Of a DNA stretch of 64,000 bases, positions 28,901 to 36,767 are shown in pieces. How positions within the stretch are numbered: the stretch's first letter is position 1; the number at the start of each line of letters is the position of its first letter. The stretch is from a virus, in the IMG/VR virus record IMGVR_UViG_3300026519_000239, positions 1 to 64,000 of that record; one strand, given 5' to 3'. The notes below the pieces were generated by a model, which was not told where the DNA came from, searched no databases, and saw nothing but the letters and a program-made list of their open reading frames with translations. The position numbers were made by a program, and so were the translations under genes.

Positions 28901-31900
28901 GAGCTTGGTGAAGAAGGACACTCTTGGCTTGCTTTAATGGATGTAGCAAATATCCGTACTGCGCTTGAATCAGGCAACCCAGATGCATCGATAACAACTT
29001 ATAGCTACATCGAAGTAGATGGTATATCAAACGGAATTATGTCCATGTTAAGACAGGTGATGTCTGAATTTGATGCCAAAGAAGCAATTAATGATCCAAA
29101 TAGTTTCAGTGCTGAAGTATTGGATTTTGCGAATGCAGGCGGTATGTACATTGAAGGAGGTAAGTACCAATCCTACGGAGAGTATCTAGCTGATGGTGGG
29201 TATGACGTATACCAGAAGGTGATTATCAAAACTGCTGATGCTATGGATAGAGCAGTTACAGCCGCTAACAAGATGACTCCCAAGGATGTTACCAATCTAC
29301 GCATACGTCTTGAGAATGAGCAAGCCAAGTCAGCTAATAAACGGAACCAGTCGTTGATTGCTGAACTCAAGAGAGAGTTAGCTATTTATGCTGTTAAGGA
29401 CATCATTCCTGAGTTCGTAGTAGAGGGGACTAATCAAGTAACCAAGGGCGCAAGGAAAATTGGTAAGTCCTACGTATTGCCTAAGAACTACATGTCAGGA
29501 GACAAGGCAGCAAAGGAAGGTGTTGCTAGAGATATGTTGGATTCCATGAGAGCTGAGTTGGCTGAATTGGCATCAAAGGTGTCCCCTGTTGCTGTGATTA
29601 ACAATGATTCGAATGATGCTGATCTTAGAGCATTCAAGACTGCTGCTAAGCGTATGAATGCATTTCTAAGGCAAGTTAACCCTGAGATACCTGCCTACAC
29701 GTGGGACACAGCGAGAGAGCCTTTTAGTAAAGAACATGAAGCTCAAGCAATACAAGTCATAGTAGATGGTCTTGGTTCAATACTTGCTGATGGGTATTTT
29801 GAAGCAGCGGGTAAGTTTACAGAGACAGGAGGTAAGTCTCTGAACATTATTGGACAAGCTCAAGCCATTATTGTTAAGCACATTGCTCAGCAACGTATCA
29901 ATGCTGCGATGGAGAAAAAAGGAGGTGCTGTACTCAGTGAGGGTGAGCGTCAAAAAATTATGCAGGAGCTTGCTGATGAAGGAATTTATGTAGGAGCCAA
30001 GACACCTGATAGTGATGCTGATAGGTCATCATTCATTTTGGATGTAGTTGATCGTAAACCAATGGAAGATGCTCAAGGTGGGTACGTACAGAATGACTAC
30101 TCAGGAGACAGTAGAAGGCCCGGATATACCGTTCCTGTACGTGAGTTTGGTTTCGTAGATGGAGAGCTTGTAGATACTGGCATCAAGCCAGTGAAGTCAG
30201 CTAAAGCCTCTATATACGTTAAGCAACCTAGTTCTAAGATTGGTTTGAGGATGGCTATTGGTTTGAATATCAACCAAGAGTCAGCTACTAACAGACAGCT
30301 TGAAGGTAGCTCATATGATCTATTCGATGCTCAGTTGAATGATCCAATGAAAGATGCTGAAGCGTCTAAGAAGATCAACAAAGTATGGGAGACTTATCAG
30401 CAAGACAACTCCATGATGGAGAATGCTGTTAACCAGCTTGAGAGACTCATAGAGGCTAGCAAAAAGTTTAATAGCCCTGAACTTACAGGTGAGATCAATA
30501 GGTTCCTTGAGGAGCTTAATGATCATCCTGATAGTCCTATTGTAGGTGATACGCTGGATAAGCTACTAGTTGATGCCAAGAGCATGTCCAATCGTATCAA
30601 TCAAGCTAGAAGCCAATTCAATCAGGCTGTGAGTGTATCTGGTCAGTATGACTCTATAGGTAATGCTTATGAAGTCAAAGAATCCAATGTACATGGAAGC
30701 TCAGCTAGAAGGATTAATCTGGATACTTTCAAAAAAGGAGAGTCTGTTCCTGTAACCATGAGCAGTATTTCTATGCTGTGGGCGCAGACAAAGGCAGGGC
30801 AGAAGATTGGAGATACCAAGGAAGATGCAGCTTACATGGATGAAATATTCGGTAAGCATATTCTTCCAATGGTTCAGAGAGTACGTGGCCTCACAGTAGC
30901 TGTACAAAATAGTAGGTATGAAAGAGGTGGAGCAGCTAAGGGTAAGAATATTTTCATTAAGAGAAATTCTGCTGTACGTGAGTTAGCTACTGATATGAGT
31001 GATGCTGAGATCATGTTGCATGAGTTTACTCACCCGTTATGGGAAGAGGGATTCAGACAGGATTCATTGTCTTTGGATCAGGTCAGTAAGCTTATGGATG
31101 AAGCTATTGCTAGTGAGGAGTTCACTCCTGAAGCATTAATGGATAAGAGTCATCCTGATCCAGAAGAAGCCTACAATGCAGCTAAACAGTTGTATGACTA
31201 CATCACTTCTGATGTACATGAATTTGCTACTTTTGGTTTAACCAATGCTCGTGTACGAAGAGTGCTTAATCGCATTGAAACCAAGAAGACCAAGGGCAGA
31301 CCAAAGACACTGTTGAATCTTCTCAGGAGCATATTTGAGGCTCTACTAGGTAGATGGAAGAGCTATGAGAGTAAGAGTCCTTCTACTATTGGTGTAGAAC
31401 TTGAGAACATTGCAGGACGTTTCCAACAAGCAGCAGAAGCATCTAACAAGACTCTGTACAAGAGACTTGAGAATAAAGCATTCAAGGAGGTTAACAAGAA
31501 GATTGTAGAGCCAATAGTTGAGTGGCAAAAGAGTGTTACTGACAGAGCGCCTGATTGGAAGAAGGCTTTGGCTTTACCTGCTGGATTGCTTAGGAGTGAG
31601 TACACCACTCAGCTAGGCAAGTTAGGCGATCGGCTGGTTAAGGAACACCACGGAATATTGGCAGATGCAGCAAGGGAGATGCTTGGTCCTAATAAGGTAA
31701 CCAGACCATTCCATAGAATGTTGAGTTATGTGAATGAGCATGTGGACTCAGCAGCTATTAGAACCACTCAGGCAACCTCTCAAGTCATCACTGAATTGTT
31801 TAATAAGAAACTAACTAATAAGCAATGGAAAGCTCTTACAGATGGGTTACTGAGGACAGATGCGTATGTAGCTGAGCGAGCTATTGGTTTAGATGGATTG

Positions 31901-33937
31901 AAAGATATTGTATCTAACGATAAGTCAGATGAATATCGGAGTAGTGCAGTAGAAGACATTCGTTCTAATGGAGTATCTAAAAAAGATGTGCATATTATTG
32001 AGCAGAAAGTAATAGATTTGGTTCGTGCTACTAAGGGACTGCCAGTTACTGGAGAGATTGAACCAAATATAGCTGCCATTGCTTATAGTACGCTTGGTAA
32101 AGATATTCTGAAGGACACTCCTACTCTGAATAGCATTGTGAATCAAATAGGCGTCATGTACTTCGTAGAGTCCTATGGGTACTTGTCAGATAAAAAGAAA
32201 GGCATGATCAAAGACATGATGGAAGAAGAGAGTGTAGGCATTGAAGGGATGCTTGAAATCGTAGCTGCTAACAAGGAGAAAGAGATTGCAGGCAGATACG
32301 AGGGAGACCCTCTAAATATGATTGCTGGTGATATAGGGATCTTTGACCCAGAAGTAAGAATCATGGAAACCAGCAAGAAGAATAAGAATAATCATATTCT
32401 TCTGCGTGATCTTGGGAATGGATATGGAGTATTCAGAAATGGCTACGTAGCTTCTATGGATTATTCCAAGGGATTGTTTGGCTTGACTGATAAGAGTAGG
32501 AGACCAGGTACTTTCATATCTTTCGATGAAGCCAATAAGATGAAATCCACTGATGGCTTATTTAAGAGATATCGTAACGGTAAATTGATTGGGTATGAGC
32601 TGAGGCTTACTGAAAAGGATCAGAACAAACATATAGACAAGAATCGGCAAGCACATGAGCTGATAGGCAGCGAAGCTGGAAGGATCATGCGTGAGGATAG
32701 GACAGAGAAGTACAACCTCGAAGCTATAGACATGGTTTACGCTGATTGGGAAAGGAAGTATGCCAAGAATCCAAAGCAATGGATCAAGGTATCTACTAAT
32801 AGCAAGAATAGGCAGGTAGCTGAGTTTGCCCGTACGATGCCTAAGCATATGAAGGATAAAGCCAACGAGTTGTTTCCTAATGGTGAGATGTATGTGAGGA
32901 AGGAGCAGCTCAATTTATTGCTTGGATTCAGGAAACTTTCAGTGGCTCAAGAGATTGAGAGAGTTACCAAGAAGAAGTTACCAAGACCAGTAGTCAAGTC
33001 TATTGTTATCGGCCAAAAGCTATGGGAAACAGTTATATCTGACGTTAAATCCAAAACTATTCTGTTTACCCCAGCAGTCGTACTAGGCAACCAAATGAGT
33101 AACATGCTGTTGCTGAAATTGAAGGGAGTTGACTTTGAAGATGCCATTAGAGGGCAGGTAGAAGGATTGCGGCAGATCAAGATTCACTTAAAGTTGCAAA
33201 AGGAGATTGCAGCTCTTGAGGCTAAGCAGATAGCTGGGGATGTAAGCCCTACAATACAGAGACAGATTGATCGTAAAAGGACTAGGATGGAAAGCTTGGG
33301 TATTCATCCATTGATCAATGAAGGAATCTTTCAGCCTATCGTAGAAGACCTGTCATCCAGTGAGTTTGGGGATGCTCCTGTTGGCGTAGAGACTCTCAAG
33401 CTAGTAAGTCCTAGGTTGGCTGATAAATTGAATGTAGCTGGTGAGAAAGCACCTGCATGGGCACGTAAGGCAGGTGCTTTAATGATGCTATCCCCTAGTA
33501 CAAAACTAGGTAACAACATTAGGCTAGCAACATCCTACAGTGATGTACTGGCTCGGTATGTACTGTTTAATCATCTACGCAAGACTGAACCATCGAAAAG
33601 CCCCAGGGAGCATGTAGATGAAATTATGGATACATTCGTAGACTATGCTCCCAATACATCTAGAGGTATCCAGTTCCTGAATGATTCTGGCTTGTATATG
33701 TACACTAAGTTCTTACTAAGGACTCAGAGAATTATTGCAAGAACATTGGCTGATAGTCCTGATCGATTCATTGGGTTGCAGTTGGCTCAAGCAGTAGTTG
33801 GGGATTTGCCTGATATTGCGGATTCGCAAATGTTGACTGGGATTTCATTGGGAGGAGGAAGGACAGTTACTCCAGATGAAGCTATAGATACAGTAACCCA
33901 GTTACCGTTGTTCTATGCACTGAAACAAGTATTTTGA
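22988..33937 (+). CDS. Virion-encapsidated RNA polymerase (N4 gp50-like vRNAP)
   Basis: ~3,650 aa; T/DxxGR motif (STFGR), motif A (EVDGISNG), motif B (RKIGKSYVLPKNYMSG), motif C (DLFDA). No Cys seen on reading, as in N4 vRNAP. Confidence 0.95.
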   Translation: MSKLDDLLSALSTTADQRVNAAMDKYTNIFGGPSPDQPVQVPKQQEAEIASQRAQTTVEALNPQQPAPEEAPLTPEQRLAQISGVTDIDPKKEYIEVKTPDGKSKLVDATSSDGDNITRAIRNTYNNTTERGYALDTWEVPHGGKKQQEAFFNSNKGQKQREAAARILGISPEQVTAEHIFTLGQNAAKERARLIAEHGGLVGSVELGDVRNDPTTGNRVLSSTKLADGTDLRDLLNTPLLNADFYSKYNSRGRRDYELGSTKNPDGGAVLSDAEAANPSAVGSLVQIGTSAIDAFLRTGLGGVNAAANTGVQIAAALQGEGIQDLTPEDRQIFDRIRDTEKKGKTLLSKIEKDPVASKIDVIDQMTNQAIEATGGTPEQPVDKLDKYMQEALAPEEYAIWKGTAKRPDTPIQNNALDSLTKKPEGILDTLSQSAGLAAGLIFGFGTVKAAANPSAAIQQARQQVEGTGLVDKTDKTKFQRYSEVKQQQETAAKAIANPVDTVLGTEGRNDQQDRFRVNAKTGRAEYVPMHNAYGDKAAMEILDAGAERMVKAGEKGDYIGVVSEAASTLYDVVTKEKTATASAFADVIGLAAATMFNKKGAVEEGTGFVGKLAGFVKNLPKGANGPQALNTAFKAANIVGLQQDKLTEMETKFTELNKGEAPTPEEYEKIKDLSVVASAVDLLGIAMFTGPGGKAMSEMLSKATTKKAGQFASKVLAEMAGTGINGLDEVAVEAITQLGTRQRQGDFDKKAWAVSFLQGAQAKAPGAVLEVATKGIPSIPGDVLDGTVKAVKMYQRVNDVAKGHKFTIDEEGNVHFKGKVMPGMVPPDPETGKYPTEVPKDVEKAIKQMIYKGQGDAVVKHIANTRAVLEGEFTEEDLQKRIITPSVDIVTEASMAADQAFVDTAEVESPETGETVPAEPAVPQELDVTNPEEVIAVLKNQDIPVVQRAAITLAVQSRMQTIYGQTVAQMQEAMTKGELEGDKAEAAIALLDQYEAWIDVLSTQVDSLPKNERVEAGVIYQEKGDQLLADIIRGSAPEVTKQDTAKSPLVQSYKKVLDYINTRDEEDNKTADDVRKEVLQDGENASGKKGLMTHMKALAVAGISKNPEALAYARAEVNSFLASQTDKLNKLKEAVDAYEESGNPVPVYFKSNIAKKEPNFVVDNPGKVRNFIKVIEQEVQMIGEVAKMGDELHNKLKNNEPILEDALEKQLKETGKKVSDIANAPKQNQKKEDNVATQKEDKAPVNAEVQTTDKADTAPTKTQVDAKKVEDKPKEKPVAKKAKKKKEKPKVDVLGDEVKAEPTPEEIKKDTEDAKQQQEKTKEQWLEDPLVADIKAAFEEAQNQDPEDNADIADLKPVLDLTKTEKVAKETSKEATPMVKTIQSHTKNVSILMKQISSRRYMPPGLKKLMESGKQLTTDYFLKGRKNPTGLLALPSLTAIGNYLKDVGDTGLEAFRADLLGELGPAMKKELFKQFQNSANYVIGRKLSLDKLATSPIGLFLNEKNELAPQLRNAMLHTAVEWIADKSVASVLKTDKEVYASLGLDIKSDFITPSVLDALRDMGELRSKLAEQLGNRVLEGLGIDLNSDVPDAGFRQRLVGSIGLSMLSAMANIKDKKGEPIIHFNRVPSELMAELTETASVSMEASPVYVSLNIQRDEYQRPVMDQSGRVRVNNLLAYKIRKKTNQSKEIYKKYMELAFGKKPITRTTSYKPFKMRKPEDIKDRPTRNNSYGQLSEAELDHVNQLQQVAFKANPLIKMMDLKEGRMAIAKMFGYVEPTRDGDIPSLPLDKVKGQLAKNEAIIRDLDAVLDKLSEQDQTIEELTKARDEATDPKDRERLQRELNQARKKEIYFPFKISTFGRALDNAQDLSIQRSKIHRNIFTPAESTHTFPMSDTKSMEAIMKSFIEPLGLDRVRMESDPTGEFMDRFAIKNADGTYTASDPVIEKGIQAMQAFLRDDFYKPEDITAAVDELGEEGHSWLALMDVANIRTALESGNPDASITTYSYIEVDGISNGIMSMLRQVMSEFDAKEAINDPNSFSAEVLDFANAGGMYIEGGKYQSYGEYLADGGYDVYQKVIIKTADAMDRAVTAANKMTPKDVTNLRIRLENEQAKSANKRNQSLIAELKRELAIYAVKDIIPEFVVEGTNQVTKGARKIGKSYVLPKNYMSGDKAAKEGVARDMLDSMRAELAELASKVSPVAVINNDSNDADLRAFKTAAKRMNAFLRQVNPEIPAYTWDTAREPFSKEHEAQAIQVIVDGLGSILADGYFEAAGKFTETGGKSLNIIGQAQAIIVKHIAQQRINAAMEKKGGAVLSEGERQKIMQELADEGIYVGAKTPDSDADRSSFILDVVDRKPMEDAQGGYVQNDYSGDSRRPGYTVPVREFGFVDGELVDTGIKPVKSAKASIYVKQPSSKIGLRMAIGLNINQESATNRQLEGSSYDLFDAQLNDPMKDAEASKKINKVWETYQQDNSMMENAVNQLERLIEASKKFNSPELTGEINRFLEELNDHPDSPIVGDTLDKLLVDAKSMSNRINQARSQFNQAVSVSGQYDSIGNAYEVKESNVHGSSARRINLDTFKKGESVPVTMSSISMLWAQTKAGQKIGDTKEDAAYMDEIFGKHILPMVQRVRGLTVAVQNSRYERGGAAKGKNIFIKRNSAVRELATDMSDAEIMLHEFTHPLWEEGFRQDSLSLDQVSKLMDEAIASEEFTPEALMDKSHPDPEEAYNAAKQLYDYITSDVHEFATFGLTNARVRRVLNRIETKKTKGRPKTLLNLLRSIFEALLGRWKSYESKSPSTIGVELENIAGRFQQAAEASNKTLYKRLENKAFKEVNKKIVEPIVEWQKSVTDRAPDWKKALALPAGLLRSEYTTQLGKLGDRLVKEHHGILADAAREMLGPNKVTRPFHRMLSYVNEHVDSAAIRTTQATSQVITELFNKKLTNKQWKALTDGLLRTDAYVAERAIGLDGLKDIVSNDKSDEYRSSAVEDIRSNGVSKKDVHIIEQKVIDLVRATKGLPVTGEIEPNIAAIAYSTLGKDILKDTPTLNSIVNQIGVMYFVESYGYLSDKKKGMIKDMMEEESVGIEGMLEIVAANKEKEIAGRYEGDPLNMIAGDIGIFDPEVRIMETSKKNKNNHILLRDLGNGYGVFRNGYVASMDYSKGLFGLTDKSRRPGTFISFDEANKMKSTDGLFKRYRNGKLIGYELRLTEKDQNKHIDKNRQAHELIGSEAGRIMREDRTEKYNLEAIDMVYADWERKYAKNPKQWIKVSTNSKNRQVAEFARTMPKHMKDKANELFPNGEMYVRKEQLNLLLGFRKLSVAQEIERVTKKKLPRPVVKSIVIGQKLWETVISDVKSKTILFTPAVVLGNQMSNMLLLKLKGVDFEDAIRGQVEGLRQIKIHLKLQKEIAALEAKQIAGDVSPTIQRQIDRKRTRMESLGIHPLINEGIFQPIVEDLSSSEFGDAPVGVETLKLVSPRLADKLNVAGEKAPAWARKAGALMMLSPSTKLGNNIRLATSYSDVLARYVLFNHLRKTEPSKSPREHVDEIMDTFVDYAPNTSRGIQFLNDSGLYMYTKFLLRTQRIIARTLADSPDRFIGLQLAQAVVGDLPDIADSQMLTGISLGGGRTVTPDEAIDTVTQLPLFYALKQVF

Positions 33938-33979
33938 TAAGTAGGTAAGGGGGAGCTATCAAAACTCCCCCAGCACCTT

Positions 33980-34378
33980 TCAAGAAGGAAATACACGCAT
34001 GCCATTTACTGCGTGCAAACGATTGTGTTTGAAGATGAGCGTGTCTTTGGCATACACACTTACGACTGATTCAGAGCCTCTTACAGGAAACAGTGCTTCT
34101 TCTGGTTTCTTAATCCATCTCCCATGAAGTTCATCGAATTTGGATTTAGATAATGTATTCAGGCTGCATACAAACATATTCGGATTTCGTTTCGCAAACA
34201 TGACATATATCCTATTAGCACTTACAGAGTACACAATGATGCAGCTAAGCATTACTCCTGCTACAAGTACTAACATTGCTACTAGAGCAATGCCAAATAC
34301 TTGAAACCAAAGATTGAAGCTATAAGCCATTGCTGCTACAAATAGCAGCAGCAATAATACAATCAGCAGCAGAGTCAC
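33980..34378 (-). CDS. Hypothetical membrane protein
   Basis: Two hydrophobic N-terminal helices; start codon uncertain. Confidence 0.55.
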   Translation of the reverse strand: MTLLLIVLLLLLFVAAMAYSFNLWFQVFGIALVAMLVLVAGVMLSCIIVYSVSANRIYVMFAKRNPNMFVCSLNTLSKSKFDELHGRWIKKPEEALFPVRGSESVVSVYAKDTLIFKHNRLHAVNGMRVFPS

Positions 34379-35031
34379 TATGAGAACATATCGTCTTCGT
34401 CGGTATCTTCCTCATTGCTATCTTCAGCGGTAGAAGTGGCCTCTATTAACTGAGAGACCGCATCTTCAGCAGAAGTAGCTAACAGGCTGTTATCATCGTC
34501 ATCATCATCCAAGAATGGATTTTCAGGGGGTTCTTCCTGAGATTCTTGGAGAGCATCTAGTTCTGGCTCCTCAGAAGCTTCGTACTCATCAATGATGGCT
34601 TGTACTTCTTCCATAGACAGATGAACATCAATCTTCTTACCAGTCAGTTCTTCTGCTTTTTTTGCAAGTTCGATGTGAGCTTTGGTTCGTCGTATACGTT
34701 TTCTACTGGCTTCCTGTTTTTGCTCAGTAGATGTTTCATCCTTCTCCGATTTCTCAGTTTCATTTTCGTCGAATAAATCAAGTTGACTCTTAGTGGCCGA
34801 GTTTTCAGAAACATCAGCAGAAGTATCCTCACCAAAGTTAACAGGTACAGTAACCTCAATATAGACTGAAGTCTGGTCTTCACTGATCTCAGCCCTTATA
34901 GAGCTACTTTCACTGTTGATGTACTTCTGAAATTCAGGAATGCCGCTGAGAGCTAAAGATACTAGACTCTCAATAGACATTTCGGCGGACAGGGTTTGAT
35001 GGATTGCTAAATCCATAGAATATCTCCTCAT
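34378..35031 (-). CDS. Acidic hypothetical protein (N4 gp46-like position)
   Basis: 217 aa, RIRRTKA motif, acidic tail; adjacent to SSB. Confidence 0.65.
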   Translation of the reverse strand: MRRYSMDLAIHQTLSAEMSIESLVSLALSGIPEFQKYINSESSSIRAEISEDQTSVYIEVTVPVNFGEDTSADVSENSATKSQLDLFDENETEKSEKDETSTEQKQEASRKRIRRTKAHIELAKKAEELTGKKIDVHLSMEEVQAIIDEYEASEEPELDALQESQEEPPENPFLDDDDDDNSLLATSAEDAVSQLIEATSTAEDSNEEDTDEDDMFS

Positions 35032-35081
35032 GGTTGATTGAATCCCACCCCTGAGAATTCAAGGATGGGCAGGTAGACGGG

Positions 35082-35831
35082 TTAGGTGAAATCGAATCCT
35101 TCGTCATCGTCTTCTACCAATTCAGAATTGGTAGATGTGCTGGGTTCTTGAGGTGCTGGCTTGCTAGCTCCTTTCAGTGGTTTATACTGGTCCCAGTCTT
35201 TACCAGCATTAGCTTTTTCCCATTTTTCCAGCTCAGTACCCGGGTTGCTCGCATCATTCTCCAGCTCATATGGAGTTGCCTTATCCAGATTGGCAACAAT
35301 GCTCAGAATGGCAGATGTTTTACGTTCTGCCTGTGCAACCATCTTTCCATCAATTTGCTTGTACTTATTACTGATGCGGCGGGTAATGCCTGCATATAGT
35401 TCGGTTCCTACTAGTGGACCGATCACAGGAAGTTTCTTTGGTACCTCAGCACCAGCATCGAAGTCATAAACTTGGATTACTGTCGGTTTGATGTCAGGGA
35501 ACAATTCAGCCAGTGTCTTTCCTGTAGCTGCAATACACACTTTATTGGCTTTCACGTAATCACGTAATAGAACCTTCTTCCCGTCCTTTACGGTGTATGG
35601 CTTCTTGTTCTCTAGGACAGTGAGGTAAAAGGTAACTGTTGAGCCAGTATCAATCTCAAGCTCTAGTACCATTTCCTGCTTAGTATCGTCGTAAGCGTTC
35701 TTACGGATGTACGCTTTCTGTACAGTAGCCAGATAGACTCCTGTCTCAGGTACACCGAATGTCTTGGCGTCAGATGTCACTGCCTGTTTTGCGAGTGAGT
35801 CGTCTTCAATTGCAAATGGGTTTACTGCCAT
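35082..35831 (-). CDS. Single-stranded DNA-binding protein (N4 gp45-like)
   Basis: ETGVY.ATV.KAY, VYDFDAGAEVPK and KWEKANAGK motifs; acidic/aromatic tail; synteny. Confidence 0.85.
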   Translation of the reverse strand: MAVNPFAIEDDSLAKQAVTSDAKTFGVPETGVYLATVQKAYIRKNAYDDTKQEMVLELEIDTGSTVTFYLTVLENKKPYTVKDGKKVLLRDYVKANKVCIAATGKTLAELFPDIKPTVIQVYDFDAGAEVPKKLPVIGPLVGTELYAGITRRISNKYKQIDGKMVAQAERKTSAILSIVANLDKATPYELENDASNPGTELEKWEKANAGKDWDQYKPLKGASKPAPQEPSTSTNSELVEDDDEGFDFT

Positions 35832-35844
35832 TTTTTGAGTCTCC

Positions 35845-36681
35845 TTATTGGAATAGTTCTTGAATATGGTCGAATACCATATCTAGATCGTTGTTGATGA
35901 AAGTTACATTGGGGGGGAACATTCCCGCAGGTGAACGGATAAGATGTGTATCCGCAGTGTCAGCATTTAGCTGTACTTGGAATACATGCCTACTGTTAGT
36001 AGCTGGGATGGTTTCCACTTTGTCGAGGAATTTGTGATCTTGATCCTCTAAAGCACCAAGAGGCATCAGGCTAGAATGCCAAGCTACTGTAAACAGCTTC
36101 TCTATTCCTACCTTACCTAGCCTACCTTGAAGGTTGCAGCGGTACTTGAATTCCTCTCCATCTTCGTCACCTTTGTAAGCCAGATGACCGAAGGCAACTA
36201 CCTGCATACCACTCTTTTTAGCAGCAGAGATAGTATCTTCTAGAAGTGCTGAGTAGTACCCCCAACCTGCCCTGGAATCTACAACTTCGTAAGGGTTGCC
36301 TTCCACATCAACTTTCTCAGTTGATGCTACGTACCGTTCATTGGTTTTCATCTTGCCATTTACTACCTTGCGTTGAGGTGTTTTGGCATTTATGAAATTA
36401 CGTGCATACGTATCAGCTAGCGTGTTGATAGTGTCCAATACGGCCATATCAAACAATCCAGATTCACCTGCCTTTTTCAAGATGGTAGGTAGCTGAGTTA
36501 CACAATCAGGTCGGATATCTTTGAAATGGGTTTTACCAATCCAAGGAACATCCTTGTCATCGAGGTTAATGAGTAGAGTTCTTTTTGCCAGCTCTGGTTT
36601 CAGGGACATCAGAGACGATGTTTTTCCTGCTCCCGGTGGACCGCTGATCAGAATTGGTGGTTTGTACGTCATGGTTGTCAT
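35845..36681 (-). CDS. AAA-family (Sak4-like) ssDNA annealing ATPase (N4 gp44-like)
   Basis: Walker A GPPGAGKT, VLDT and IRSPAGMF...FINND motifs. Start may be 36681 or 36711. Confidence 0.8.
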   Translation of the reverse strand: MTTMTYKPPILISGPPGAGKTSSLMSLKPELAKRTLLINLDDKDVPWIGKTHFKDIRPDCVTQLPTILKKAGESGLFDMAVLDTINTLADTYARNFINAKTPQRKVVNGKMKTNERYVASTEKVDVEGNPYEVVDSRAGWGYYSALLEDTISAAKKSGMQVVAFGHLAYKGDEDGEEFKYRCNLQGRLGKVGIEKLFTVAWHSSLMPLGALEDQDHKFLDKVETIPATNSRHVFQVQLNADTADTHLIRSPAGMFPPNVTFINNDLDMVFDHIQELFQ

Positions 36682-36767
36682 CTTGGTTCCTCGTGTTGTC
36701 GATGAAGTCATGTGTGTTTCCGATTGGGTGTACCGTCATCTCAATGCGGTACTTCTTTGGTTTCATG

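Noticed and set aside
22976-33937. Numerous antisense ORFs within vRNAP and other long genes
   Set aside because: Shadow ORFs arising from codon bias on the coding strand.
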